61,943 nt of DNA from a virus (lineage: Duplodnaviria > Caudoviricetes): positions 1 to 61,943 of IMG/VR virus record IMGVR_UViG_3300025120_000046; one strand, given 5' to 3'. The position numbers and the translations under genes are program-made. How positions within the stretch are numbered: the stretch's first letter is position 1; each line of letters starts with the position of its first letter. Under the pieces are notes generated by a model. The model was not told where the DNA came from. It saw only the letters and a program-made list of their open reading frames with translations, and did not search any database. Shown piece after piece: positions 1 through 9,387 of this stretch.

Positions 1-633
1 GAGGTAAAAGCAAGAAAAAAATCAACTAAAGGATTTCAAAAGCATTTACTAGTATTCAGAAATGATGATGTTGTTATTAATGGTGAAGATGGTGATACAG
101 TTTACCCACAAATTATATTAACTAATTCTCATGATGGAAAAAATTCATTCCAATTTCAAGCAGGTTTATTTAGATTAGTTTGTTCAAATGGATTAGTAAT
201 TGCAGATACTCAGTTTGAAGCAGTTAAAATGAGACATATGGGTTATTCATTTGAAGATCTTCAAGTTAAAATTAAAGAAATGGTTGAAAAATTACCATTA
301 ACAGTTGAATCGATGAATAAAATGAAAGCTACAGAAATGGAGCAAGATGCGATTCTTCAATTTGCTAAAGATGCTTTAAATACTAGATTTTCAGATGATG
401 AAATGAAAAGAATTAAAGTTGATATGGATGAATTTCTTACACCAGTTAGGAAAGAAGATTCAGGTAGTGATCTTTGGAGTGTATTTAATTTAGTACAAGA
501 AAAGGTTATTACAGGTGATTTTGATTACACAATAGGTACTAAACATAGAAAAGCTAGAGAAATTAAAAATTTCAAGCAAGATATGTTAATCAACAAAGAG
601 TTATTTAATGTAGCATTAGAGTATGCCTCATAA
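1..633 (+). CDS. DUF932 family protein (5'-truncated by window edge)
   Basis: Frame is open from base 1 and reads ...IILTNSHDGKNSFQFQAGLFRLVCSNGL..., the DUF932 signature; C-terminal LWSVFNLVQE. The ORF-track start at 229 is an internal Met. Confidence 0.8.
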   Translation, partial: EVKARKKSTKGFQKHLLVFRNDDVVINGEDGDTVYPQIILTNSHDGKNSFQFQAGLFRLVCSNGLVIADTQFEAVKMRHMGYSFEDLQVKIKEMVEKLPLTVESMNKMKATEMEQDAILQFAKDALNTRFSDDEMKRIKVDMDEFLTPVRKEDSGSDLWSVFNLVQEKVITGDFDYTIGTKHRKAREIKNFKQDMLINKELFNVALEYAS

Positions 634-1030
634 AAATATAGTTTGGATTAATGGTTGTTTTGATGTGCTCCATATGGGGCATATCAAACTCTTCCAACGA
701 GCAAGACAGATGGGTCTTCCGGTGATAGTGGGGATAGATACGGATGATAGAATTCAGTCGATGAAGGGAGAGGACCGTCCTATAAATAACTTACAACATA
801 GGGTAGAATTTTTAAGGGCTATTAAATATATAGATGCGGTAGTATCCTTTTCAACGGATGATGAATTAATTAATATAATTAAAGAACATTCACCCAAATA
901 TATGTTAATTGGGGATGACTATAAAGATAAGGAAATAATAGGTAGTGAGCATATTAAGGAAATTATATATGTAAAACGCTATGGTGAGTTAAGTTCTTCG
1001 GATATTATAAACGGAACCCACAAAACGTGA
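623..1030 (+). CDS. rfaE: RfaE/HldE domain II-type nucleotidyltransferase (ADP-heptose synthase / cytidylyltransferase family)
   Basis: NGCFDVLHMGH (HxGH) motif, KGEDRPIN, GDDY and SSSDII motifs. Confidence 0.8.
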   Translation: MPHKNIVWINGCFDVLHMGHIKLFQRARQMGLPVIVGIDTDDRIQSMKGEDRPINNLQHRVEFLRAIKYIDAVVSFSTDDELINIIKEHSPKYMLIGDDYKDKEIIGSEHIKEIIYVKRYGELSSSDIINGTHKT

Positions 1031-1038
1031 TATTTATA
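1031..1038 (+). promoter_or_regulatory. Putative late promoter TATTTATA
   Basis: Same motif recurs upstream of about 15 genes in the window. Confidence 0.65.
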
Positions 1039-1054
1039 ATAAAAATATTCCAGC

Positions 1055-1885
1055 ATGGCAATAACCAACTTCACAGCAGCAGAAATGCACGGTCAGGGAC
1101 AATTAGGTCCTACTTTAACTACGACCGTACAACTCACATTTACCAACACACTCGACTCTAATAATCAATATCCTGCGGGATATCTTATTTTACAAGGAAA
1201 CTCAACCGCTAACTCTAATCTTGATAGTTCTGTTGATATAGGCAAGAATTACTTTTTTGTTGGTGATGATGGTGAGTGGCCCACAAAAGCAACAATTGCA
1301 AATAATATGCGTAATTCAATTGCAATACCTATCAAGCAAGCTTCTAATGATAGCTCTCCTATAACACAAGGTATTTTATATAAAAAAGTAATTGATGCTA
1401 ATGGTAATTACTTAATGAGTAAAGGAAGTGGTAAACCATGGCCCACTCGTTATGATCTTCTCCTACCGGCCAACGCCTTAGGATTAGAAGTTATTGGATA
1501 TGATCCTTCAATTTCATATGATAGATTTGCTGGTACTCGACAAATGAGTTGGAATCCTGACCCTGAAAATACTGAATTAATTTGCACTGATTCTTTTGGA
1601 AACGTTGTTGGTCCTCCTTTTGGACAAGATGCAAATTTTTGTGTTGATTTTGACAACAACGGTTTCATAGAGAAAATATATGTTGAAGAATTTGAAAAAG
1701 ATATTCCTATTGCTTTAGGATTAACTATTATGTGTAATGGACCAAATGCCGAATCCAAATACCATAACTTAGGTGTTAAATTTAGTGATTCTAGATGTTT
1801 AATGGATGCTGCTACTGGTACTGAAACTAATCCTTACTATGTAAAGTCTACCGGTAATTTTTCACTTAAAATGGAAGACGTTTAA
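1055..1885 (+). CDS. Hypothetical protein, probably late/virion-associated
   Basis: 276-aa ORF preceded by the late motif; T/N/G-rich. Confidence 0.55.
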   Translation: MAITNFTAAEMHGQGQLGPTLTTTVQLTFTNTLDSNNQYPAGYLILQGNSTANSNLDSSVDIGKNYFFVGDDGEWPTKATIANNMRNSIAIPIKQASNDSSPITQGILYKKVIDANGNYLMSKGSGKPWPTRYDLLLPANALGLEVIGYDPSISYDRFAGTRQMSWNPDPENTELICTDSFGNVVGPPFGQDANFCVDFDNNGFIEKIYVEEFEKDIPIALGLTIMCNGPNAESKYHNLGVKFSDSRCLMDAATGTETNPYYVKSTGNFSLKMEDV

Positions 1886-1951
1886 TATATACGTATTTAT
1901 AGATGCTATATTGTCGAAGAGAGAAGTTTCGAGACCGCCTTTATAAATAAA

Positions 1952-1983
1952 TTTGGAGAAGCAAAAAATCGTTCGTATATTCA
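1952..1983 (+). promoter_or_regulatory. Bacteroidota-type (-33/-7) host-RNAP promoter
   Basis: TTTG-N20-TATATTCA; near-identical copy at 4053-4084. Confidence 0.7.
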
Positions 1984-2007
1984 CCCCATAATAATAAAAT
2001 AAAGGTT

Positions 2008-2469
2008 ATGTCACTACAAAGATTAAATTTAAAAGAATCCGAACAATACTTCCCTTCTAAAGGTATTGAAGATGCTTCTTTCTTTACTTTAACCCCCTCT
2101 TCTAAAGGTGGTGATTGGGAAGATGTCACATATTTTACAAGTCGTAAAAAACTTTCATATACTAATCGTGATGGAGATCATGATTCTTGGGTATATGTTT
2201 TATCTAATCCTTCACAACCCGGGATTTTTAAAATTGGTTATACAAGTAATACTCCCGAAGAAAGAGCAAGACAATTATCTAATGCAACAGGTGTTGCTTT
2301 ACCTTATGAAGTTGAGTATGCTTATAGTTGTTGGAATGGTTTAGAGTTAGAAAAAGATATTCATGAAAGGTTAAATGAGTATCGTTTGACTAAACAACGT
2401 GAATTTTTTCAAGTTGATTTGGAAGAAGCAAAAGAAATAATTAATGAAATAGGAGAAAGTTATGTATAG
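2008..2469 (+). CDS. T5orf172/MUG113 (GIY-YIG-like) domain protein
   Basis: WVYVLSNPSQPGIFKIGYT...PEERARQLS.ATGV, LEKDIH, REFF. Confidence 0.85.
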   Translation: MSLQRLNLKESEQYFPSKGIEDASFFTLTPSSKGGDWEDVTYFTSRKKLSYTNRDGDHDSWVYVLSNPSQPGIFKIGYTSNTPEERARQLSNATGVALPYEVEYAYSCWNGLELEKDIHERLNEYRLTKQREFFQVDLEEAKEIINEIGESYV

Positions 2470-3091
2470 ATTATTATTAATATTACTTGTTTTATCTTCT
2501 TGTACTAAAGAAGAAATTAACCAAACTCCATGTATGGGAGATTGTGAAACTCAATATAGAGTATTATATAAAAATCAACCTATTAATTTAAATAATGGTT
2601 ATTATGAAATTACTTGGGATGATTTAGATTATTTTCAAATAGAAGGTAATTTATCTACATTAAATGATCAATATGTTTTAAATGATGTTCCATTAATTGA
2701 AGCAAAATTTGACTCTGATTATTGGGTTATTATGGATACTATCCAGTATCAAACCCCGATGTATTCTTATTTAGGTTGGTTTAATGATCAAACTTTAAAT
2801 ACACCCATTTCAATTGGTCCTCACATATATACTATGATTGATTTAGCTAATATCAACCCCCCATTAAATATTGTAGGCTATCAAATTCCTAAACATTTTT
2901 GTTTTGAATGTCCTTATGCTTCTTCTATAGTAGGAACATACTCAAAATATAACTATAACCCAAAACAAAATATATTTTTAGATAATGAGATGATTGGTGA
3001 TACAATTAATTTATTTATAGAAACTACATTTAACACCGATGTAGGTGAAAGTGAAATAATAAGAGATCAGATTAAAGTTATTATATTATAA
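2462..3091 (+). CDS. Putative lipoprotein
   Basis: Hydrophobic signal peptide ending in lipobox LSS|C. Confidence 0.65.
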   Translation: MYRLLLILLVLSSCTKEEINQTPCMGDCETQYRVLYKNQPINLNNGYYEITWDDLDYFQIEGNLSTLNDQYVLNDVPLIEAKFDSDYWVIMDTIQYQTPMYSYLGWFNDQTLNTPISIGPHIYTMIDLANINPPLNIVGYQIPKHFCFECPYASSIVGTYSKYNYNPKQNIFLDNEMIGDTINLFIETTFNTDVGESEIIRDQIKVIIL

Positions 3092-3092
3092 A

Positions 3093-3124
3093 TTTGGTTT
3101 CCCCAAATATTGTTCGTATATTAA
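3093..3124 (+). promoter_or_regulatory. Bacteroidota-type promoter
   Basis: TTTG-N20-TATATTAA upstream of uvsE. Confidence 0.65.
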
Positions 3125-3139
3125 TATAAAATAAAGGTT

Positions 3140-4036
3140 ATGAATTTAGGTTATGCTTGTATCAATACTGCTTTAAGTAGCAATGGAATAATGACAAATC
3201 GCACAATGCGTAGAAAAACATTCGATGCTAAAGGTATTGATTATGTGTCAGATTTATCTTTATTAAATGTTAAAGATTTAAAAACTATTATTCAATGGAA
3301 TAACGAGATGGGTATTAAATTATTTAGACTCTCTTCTCAAATATTTCCATGGTCCGATGAATATAATATTAAAGATCTTAAAGATTATAAAGAAATTTGT
3401 GATTTAATGTTAGAAATTGGAACCATTGCAAAGGATGCAGGCCAGCGTCTTACAATGCATCCAGGTCCATATAATTGTTTAGCTTCACCTACAAAAAAGG
3501 TTGTTGAAAAAACTATTAGGGAACTTAATTTCCATAGCCTACAATTTGATATGATGGGGTATGAACCTTCTCCATATAATAAAATTAATATCCATGTTGG
3601 AGGCGCATATAACGACAAAGAATCTACATTAATACGTTTCTGTGATAATTTTGAATTATTGGATACTAACACTAAAAAACGGCTAGTAATCGAAAATGAT
3701 GATAGCCCAAATGAATATTCTGTTAAAGATTTATTGAATGGTGTCCATTTAAAAATTGGTATACCTATTACATTTGATTATTTTCACCATAAATTTAATA
3801 CTGGTGGTTTAACTGAAGAAGAAGCATTGATTGTAGCATCTTCTACTTGGCCTGATGGTATTGCTCAATGTTGCCATTATTCTGAAAGTAGAAGGAAAGA
3901 ACAATTAGATGAATCAATTAGACCACAAGCACACTCAGATATTATCTACGAAAAAATTCAAACTTATGGGTTAGAGCCAGATATTGTAATTGAAGCTAAA
4001 TTAAAAGAACAAGCAATATTCAAAAGAGTTATTTAA
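3140..4036 (+). CDS. uvsE: UV DNA damage endonuclease UvsE/UvdE
   Basis: LGYACIN, FRLSS, RLTMHPG, NIHVGG, IENDD, FDYFHH, AHSD, IEAKLKE motifs. Confidence 0.93.
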   Translation: MNLGYACINTALSSNGIMTNRTMRRKTFDAKGIDYVSDLSLLNVKDLKTIIQWNNEMGIKLFRLSSQIFPWSDEYNIKDLKDYKEICDLMLEIGTIAKDAGQRLTMHPGPYNCLASPTKKVVEKTIRELNFHSLQFDMMGYEPSPYNKINIHVGGAYNDKESTLIRFCDNFELLDTNTKKRLVIENDDSPNEYSVKDLLNGVHLKIGIPITFDYFHHKFNTGGLTEEEALIVASSTWPDGIAQCCHYSESRRKEQLDESIRPQAHSDIIYEKIQTYGLEPDIVIEAKLKEQAIFKRVI

Positions 4037-4052
4037 GACTCCCGGTGGAAAA

Positions 4053-4084
4053 TTTGGAGAAGCCAAATATTGTTCGTATATTCA
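4053..4084 (+). promoter_or_regulatory. Bacteroidota-type promoter
   Basis: TTTG-N20-TATATTCA; repeat of 1952-1983. Confidence 0.7.
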
Positions 4085-4117
4085 CCCCATATTAATAATT
4101 AAAAATAAATAAAAGTT

Positions 4118-4303
4118 ATGTCAAAAATAAATGTAAATTCCAAAAACAGTATCCTAATTAATAATAGATTATATATTACTGCTTTAAAAGCTCAAACAAT
4201 TTCTAAAAAATTAAGTGAAGAGTTTATCAACACAGGAAATAATATTAATCATCCTGTAAAAGGACTTCATTATGAGTTTACGGGTAATTATTCAAGATCA
4301 TAA
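4118..4303 (+). CDS. Small hypothetical protein
   Basis: Directly downstream of promoter; A-rich leader aataaaagttATG as in other genes. Confidence 0.55.
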   Translation: MSKINVNSKNSILINNRLYITALKAQTISKKLSEEFINTGNNINHPVKGLHYEFTGNYSRS

Positions 4304-4305
4304 TT

Positions 4306-4503
4306 ATGAATATTGTTCAAAAACGTTTTTTAGAAAAAGCAACATCTGAAGAGATTTTAGATTTTGCTAGTTGTCTTGATCAAGCTAGTAGAGCAGGAAA
4401 GACAGTTGAAGTAGTATACTCAGCACTAGAAACAATTAACTCAATACCCAGTATATCTCCATTACTAGCTATGCAAATAGCATGTGGGGATTGGGATGTC
4501 TAA
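4306..4503 (+). CDS. Small hypothetical protein
   Basis: Operonic spacing and typical codon use. Confidence 0.6.
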   Translation: MNIVQKRFLEKATSEEILDFASCLDQASRAGKTVEVVYSALETINSIPSISPLLAMQIACGDWDV

Positions 4504-4520
4504 TTTAAAAAAATTAAAAT

Positions 4521-4685
4521 ATGTCAGAAAATTCAAAACCAATTACAATGGAAGAAATGCAATCTCTACATGATGAATGGTGGAATAGTTTATCCGAAGA
4601 TGAAAAAATTAAACTATTTCAAGAACAAAAAGAAGCAGAAGATTACTTCTATAATCAAAAACAATCTAATAAAGATTTAAAATAA
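4521..4685 (+). CDS. Small hypothetical protein (54 aa, not in ORF track)
   Basis: MSENSKPITMEEMQSLHDEWWNSLSEDEKIKLFQEQKEAEDYFYNQKQSNKDLK; A-rich leader. Confidence 0.6.
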   Translation: MSENSKPITMEEMQSLHDEWWNSLSEDEKIKLFQEQKEAEDYFYNQKQSNKDLK

Positions 4686-4804
4686 TCTTACACTATTTTG
4701 AATAGCGATATTGCATTATAACGCGAAATTACGCGATTTAATACAATACTTACCATGTTATATAACACTATATAACTTTAATATAAAATTAATTATATAC
4801 ATTA

Positions 4805-4878
4805 GGACCAGTAGCTCAGTTGGATAGAGCATCTGCCTTCTAAGCAGACGGTCACAGGTTCGAATCCTGTCTGGTTCA
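4805..4878 (+). tRNA. trnR: tRNA-Arg (anticodon UCU)
   Basis: Acceptor GGACCAG/CTGGTTC, D arm GCTC/GAGC, anticodon arm TCTGC-CT-TCT-AA-GCAGA, T arm ACAGG-TTCGAAT-CCTGT; CCA not encoded. Confidence 0.95.
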
Positions 4879-4935
4879 CTATTTCTTTAAGAATCATTTG
4901 GATTTAGTATATTTATACCATATATTCAAGATTAT

Positions 4936-5115
4936 ATGGGACATTATGAAGATTTTTTTATTGAAATGACACAATCACTGGATGAGAGAGGTCTAAGAGG
5001 TAAGTTTGATTCTCAATTACAAAAGATGCAATATCAAGAAAAACATCAAAGTAAGGATATTAGAGATAAGTGGAGATATGCTTTTGAAAAAATTATAAGT
5101 GATAAAAATGCTTAA
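4936..5115 (+). CDS. Small hypothetical protein (59 aa, not in ORF track)
   Basis: MGHYEDFFIEM...KWRYAFEKIISDKNA; preceded by TATTTATA at 4910-4917; overlaps next gene start. Confidence 0.6.
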   Translation: MGHYEDFFIEMTQSLDERGLRGKFDSQLQKMQYQEKHQSKDIRDKWRYAFEKIISDKNA

Positions 5116-5524
5116 TCTAGATAATCTGTTTAATTTATTTCCCCCTAAGGATGTTATTGAAAACAATGATGTTCATATTGATTTTAAAGAATCCCCTACA
5201 TATTATTTAGGTATGTGGAAAAAAATAATATTAAACCATATAAACTTTAATAAAAAAATCTTAACATTTTTTAAAAAAACAAATAATGAATTTGACATAC
5301 AAGATATTGCTGAAGCTGGTAGGTATGTAACATTTGGAAGGGCTTGGTTTTACTTAAAAAAACTAGATCTTAATAATAAAGAGCATGTTAAAGCTATTCA
5401 AAATTACAGTGATGATTATTTAGATACATCCTTAGAATTAGGCATTCAGCATTTCCAAGAAAAAGAAGAATATGAAAAGTGTGCCCAAATCTTAAAAATA
5501 TTAAAAATCTCTCAAGAAATTTAA
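5108..5524 (+). CDS. Hypothetical protein with C-terminal UVR-like motif
   Basis: C-terminal EEYEKCAQI; ATG at 5108 is the likelier start than 5099. Confidence 0.55.
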   Translation: MLNLDNLFNLFPPKDVIENNDVHIDFKESPTYYLGMWKKIILNHINFNKKILTFFKKTNNEFDIQDIAEAGRYVTFGRAWFYLKKLDLNNKEHVKAIQNYSDDYLDTSLELGIQHFQEKEEYEKCAQILKILKISQEI

Positions 5525-5681
5525 ATCTAAGCTTGGTTACCCTATTTCCCTCCGGTACCTTGGAAATACGGGAATTTTGAAAAATTAGGAATGATTAGGG
5601 AAATAAGGGATGTAGGAATAAGGGTGGATAGGGGAATAATTATTCGTATATTATATCATATTAATTAATTAAACAAAAGTC

Positions 5682-5879
5682 ATGGATTTCAGAAATAAAA
5701 CACTAGTAGACAAAAGGTTTACTCAAATCAAATCAAAAGTAAAAAATTTAGACCTTATGGTAGCTAGAGGTCAATCAACCCAGCAAGATTTTAGAAATAG
5801 TCTTAAAGATCTATATGAAACAGTTGAAGATCTTGAAACTCTAATTGAAAGAGAAACTCAAGAATTAAGAAACGGTTAA
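5682..5879 (+). CDS. Small coiled-coil hypothetical protein
   Basis: Preceded by TTCGTATATT promoter element at about 5643-5654. Confidence 0.6.
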   Translation: MDFRNKTLVDKRFTQIKSKVKNLDLMVARGQSTQQDFRNSLKDLYETVEDLETLIERETQELRNG

Positions 5880-5895
5880 AATTAAAATAAAAGTT

Positions 5896-6672
5896 ATGAA
5901 ACTATCAGCAGAACAAATCCAATCAAATTGGGAAGAATTTCATTCTAATATAAAAAAATATATTAAGGGTGATAGGCAAACACAATTATTAGCATTTTAT
6001 ACTAAATTTCAAGATCGTCTTGTAATGATGCCTGCTTCACATAAAAAAGAGTACCATAATGCATTCCCAGGTGGATATATCGATCATGTAAATAGAGTAG
6101 TTAGATGTGCTCTTAAACAATATAAATTATGGGAAGAAGAAGGTGCAGATATTACTACTTTTACAGTTGAGGAATTAGTATTTTCTGCTATCAACCATGA
6201 TTTAGGTAAAATGGGGGATGATACTCATGAATCTTATTTACCTCAGACTGATAAATGGAGAAAAGATAAATTGGGAGAAGATTATATGCACAATAAAGCT
6301 ATTGCTTTTGCTGCTGTCCCAGATAGAGGTTTATTTTTACTCCAACAACATGACGTTAAATATACATTTAATGAAATGATAGCTATTCAAACACATGATG
6401 GTTTATATGATTCAGCAAATGAAAAATATTTAAAATCATATATGCCAGAAACTAAACCTAGAACTTCATTACCTTTTATATTACACCAAGCAGATATGAT
6501 GGCCGCAAGAATAGAATTTGAAGTTGAATGGTTACCTAAGTTTAAAAATAACTTGGATGGGCAAGAAAAGAATTTTACATTAAACAACAATAGCAAAAAA
6601 TCTAATGTTAAAAACAAAGCTTTAGGTTCTATTCAAAGTGAAGGTTTAAAAAACATATTCGATAAATTATGA
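5896..6672 (+). CDS. HD-domain metal-dependent phosphohydrolase
   Basis: YHNAFPGGYIDH, NHDLGKMG, THDGLY, LHQADMMA. Confidence 0.85.
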   Translation: MKLSAEQIQSNWEEFHSNIKKYIKGDRQTQLLAFYTKFQDRLVMMPASHKKEYHNAFPGGYIDHVNRVVRCALKQYKLWEEEGADITTFTVEELVFSAINHDLGKMGDDTHESYLPQTDKWRKDKLGEDYMHNKAIAFAAVPDRGLFLLQQHDVKYTFNEMIAIQTHDGLYDSANEKYLKSYMPETKPRTSLPFILHQADMMAARIEFEVEWLPKFKNNLDGQEKNFTLNNNSKKSNVKNKALGSIQSEGLKNIFDKL

Positions 6673-6962
6673 TTATAACAGGTTCAACCATAGTTATTAT
6701 ACTTCTTTCAATAATTGTACTTCTTTTAGGGTTTACAACTCTTAATTTACTTAGAAAAAACGAAAAAGCAGAAGATATTGTTGTTGGTTATCTTACATAT
6801 CTAGATCAAATATCTAGAGTAATTGAGGCAGCCGATATTAAAATCAAAAAAATAGATATTAAAGGTTCATTTGAATCCGATGATGAGATAGGTTTTTTCT
6901 TCAAACAAATTAAAAAAGTACAAGAAATTCTAAATGAATTTCAATTGAAAAAATTTAAATAA
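6669..6962 (+). CDS. Membrane-anchored hypothetical protein
   Basis: N-terminal transmembrane segment; overlaps neighbouring genes. Confidence 0.6.
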   Translation: MIITGSTIVIILLSIIVLLLGFTTLNLLRKNEKAEDIVVGYLTYLDQISRVIEAADIKIKKIDIKGSFESDDEIGFFFKQIKKVQEILNEFQLKKFK

Positions 6963-7777
6963 TGGATGAAATAATAAGAAAGCATAAAGCACAAAAACAA
7001 AGTAGAGTATATTTTTCAAAAGAAACAGAAGCCGCGATTGTTAGTTACAATCGCTCTTCTGATCCCGATGAACGAAGTAATTTATATCAAGAAAAAATAC
7101 ATTGGGCCTTTTATAAATTAACAGAAAATATTATCCATACATTTAAGTTCTATTATACTGATGGAGTTGAAAATTTAGAAGATCTTCAACATGAGATAAT
7201 AACTTTTTTATTGTCTAAAATACATAAATTTGATCCTACTAATGGGGCTAAAGCATATTCTTATTTTGGTACTATAGTTAAAAGATGGTTAATAGTTTAC
7301 AACCAAAAAAATTACGGAAAGAAAATTAAAAATATTTCTATATCAGATTTAAATCATTATTCACAATTAGATACTACAGATCCTGCTTTTATTACATCTA
7401 AAAGAGTAGAGGATGATGTTTCTCATGTAATTAATGTTGAAGAATTTAGTAACTATACAAATTCTAAAATACCTAAAGATTATAAATATGAAGATCGTTT
7501 ATCTTTATTTGTAGATCAATATGTAAAATATTGTACCGATAGAATATATGAATTATTCCCTAAAGGAAATGATGCTACTATAGCTGATGCAATCTTAGAA
7601 TTATTTAGAAAAAGAGATGCTATAGATGTTTTTAATAAAAAAGCATTATATATTTACATACGTGAAATGGTTGATGTAAAAACCCCAAAAATAACTAAAA
7701 TAGCAAATAAGTTATATGGCATTTTTAAAGAAAAATATTTATTTTATTTAGACCACGGATATTTTCCTCCAAAATAG
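6962..7777 (+). CDS. T4 gp55-like late-transcription sigma factor
   Basis: Sigma region-2-like segment DLQHEIITFLLSKIHKFDPTNGAKAYSYFGTIVKR, resembling gp55 NFDPEKSKNPFAYFTQI; sits immediately before the late genes. Confidence 0.7.
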   Translation: MDEIIRKHKAQKQSRVYFSKETEAAIVSYNRSSDPDERSNLYQEKIHWAFYKLTENIIHTFKFYYTDGVENLEDLQHEIITFLLSKIHKFDPTNGAKAYSYFGTIVKRWLIVYNQKNYGKKIKNISISDLNHYSQLDTTDPAFITSKRVEDDVSHVINVEEFSNYTNSKIPKDYKYEDRLSLFVDQYVKYCTDRIYELFPKGNDATIADAILELFRKRDAIDVFNKKALYIYIREMVDVKTPKITKIANKLYGIFKEKYLFYLDHGYFPPK

Positions 7778-7790
7778 TTTTAAAAATATA

Positions 7791-7798
7791 TATTTATA
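7791..7798 (+). promoter_or_regulatory. Putative late promoter TATTTATA
   Basis: Recurrent motif at the start of the baseplate cluster. Confidence 0.65.
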
Positions 7799-7808
7799 AC
7801 CAAAAATT

Positions 7809-8144
7809 ATGGGACAATTAGATTCATTAGTTTTTGGTAAAAAATCATTTTCCGATATATTGGAAGAAATTTACCAAAACCAAAAAAAGAGAGACGCTCA
7901 AGTAGTAGCTTTAATATCTGAATTAAAACCATTAGTTCAAGAAATAGGTGATGCTACTCTTATAGTACCACTTATTAAAGAATATATGGAAATTGGAGTT
8001 AAAAATGATGATGCATTAATAAAGATGGCAACTATAGTACAAAGAGTACTTCAAAATGAAGGAGATGGTGATACATTAGGCATTACAGATGAAGAAAAAC
8101 AACAACTTTTAGCTGAAATGGATAAACTTCAATTAGATAAATAA
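7809..8144 (+). CDS. Helical hypothetical protein
   Basis: 111-aa ORF after late promoter. Confidence 0.6.
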   Translation: MGQLDSLVFGKKSFSDILEEIYQNQKKRDAQVVALISELKPLVQEIGDATLIVPLIKEYMEIGVKNDDALIKMATIVQRVLQNEGDGDTLGITDEEKQQLLAEMDKLQLDK

Positions 8145-8152
8145 ATATAAAT

Positions 8153-9385
8153 ATGCCAAGATTAGCAAAAACTCTAGCATCATTTGCTGCTATATCAACA
8201 GCAACACCATCTAGAGCAAATATTTTTCCTGCAAGGGTAAAATTTGCAATGGTAGATGATAAGACCCAAAGTAAAGTGTTTAAAAACTTTGGAGAATGGA
8301 GTTCTATTGGTTGTATTTTCTTTGATAGATTAAATCAACCAAATGCTAACCCTCAATTTACTACTGATAATTTTGCTAGACCTTTATTTCCTAACAATTC
8401 AAATATACCACTACATAATGAATTAGTTTACATAATGGCTTTACCTAATAGTAATGTTCAAGCTGATGTAAATGAATTAGCATATTATTATTTTCAAGCT
8501 ATTAATATATGGAATAGTACTCATCACAATGCTATACCAGACCCAATATTTGGGGATGCAAATCCAGATTCTCAACAAGCAGATTATCAACAAACAGAAG
8601 CAGGTGCCGTAAGAAGAGTAACTGATGGTGGTACTGAAATTGATTTAGGGGATGATTTTCAAGAAAAATTAGAAGTAAGAAATTTACAACCATATGCAGG
8701 AGATTTAATATACCAAGGTAGGTGGGGGCAATCATTTAGATTTGGATCAACCTTACAAGGAGCGCAGATTCCTAATCCATGGTCAAAATCTGGAGAAGAT
8801 GGAGACCCAATAACAATTTTAAAAAATGGTCAACATGAAGATAGTAATGAACCGTGGGTACCACAAGTTGAAGATATAAATACAGATTTATCTAGTATTT
8901 ATTTAACTTCAACACAAGAGATTCCAATTGAAGTAGCTAGTAAAAACTATAAATCATATGATTCATCACCTGAAGCACCCCCAAAATTTATAGGAGAACA
9001 AGTAATTATTAACTCTGGTAGATTATTATTTAATTCAAAAAATGATAATATTTTACTTTCATCTTCCGATACAATTAATTTAAACTCAATAAATAGTTTT
9101 AATGTAGATACACCTAAAACAATTATAGCATCTAAAGAAATATATTTAGGTGATAAAGGAGCAACAGAACCTATTATTTTAGGTAATAAATTTTTAGATG
9201 ACTTTCAAAAATTATTATCATCTTTAATATCATTGTGTGGTGCTTTAGGTACTCCTATAGGATCAGGACCACCTTTTGCAATTAATGGTGCTATTCCTGG
9301 ACCTGCAACTCAAACACTAGTAAAAGCCCAAAATATGTTAAATAAAATAACTCAATATAAATCAAAGGTTAGTAAATCTAAATAA
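8153..9385 (+). CDS. Putative baseplate hub/spike (gp5/gpV-like) protein
   Basis: Beta-rich C-terminal part (QVIINSGRLLFNS..., EPIILGNKF); lies upstream of the gp25 and gp6 homologs. Confidence 0.55.
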   Translation: MPRLAKTLASFAAISTATPSRANIFPARVKFAMVDDKTQSKVFKNFGEWSSIGCIFFDRLNQPNANPQFTTDNFARPLFPNNSNIPLHNELVYIMALPNSNVQADVNELAYYYFQAINIWNSTHHNAIPDPIFGDANPDSQQADYQQTEAGAVRRVTDGGTEIDLGDDFQEKLEVRNLQPYAGDLIYQGRWGQSFRFGSTLQGAQIPNPWSKSGEDGDPITILKNGQHEDSNEPWVPQVEDINTDLSSIYLTSTQEIPIEVASKNYKSYDSSPEAPPKFIGEQVIINSGRLLFNSKNDNILLSSSDTINLNSINSFNVDTPKTIIASKEIYLGDKGATEPIILGNKFLDDFQKLLSSLISLCGALGTPIGSGPPFAINGAIPGPATQTLVKAQNMLNKITQYKSKVSKSK

Positions 9386-9387
9386 CA

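Noticed and set aside
2108-2344. Alternate-frame + strand ORFs (also 18140-18382 and 53351-53551)
   Set aside because: Fully nested within well-supported genes and lacking plausible protein features.
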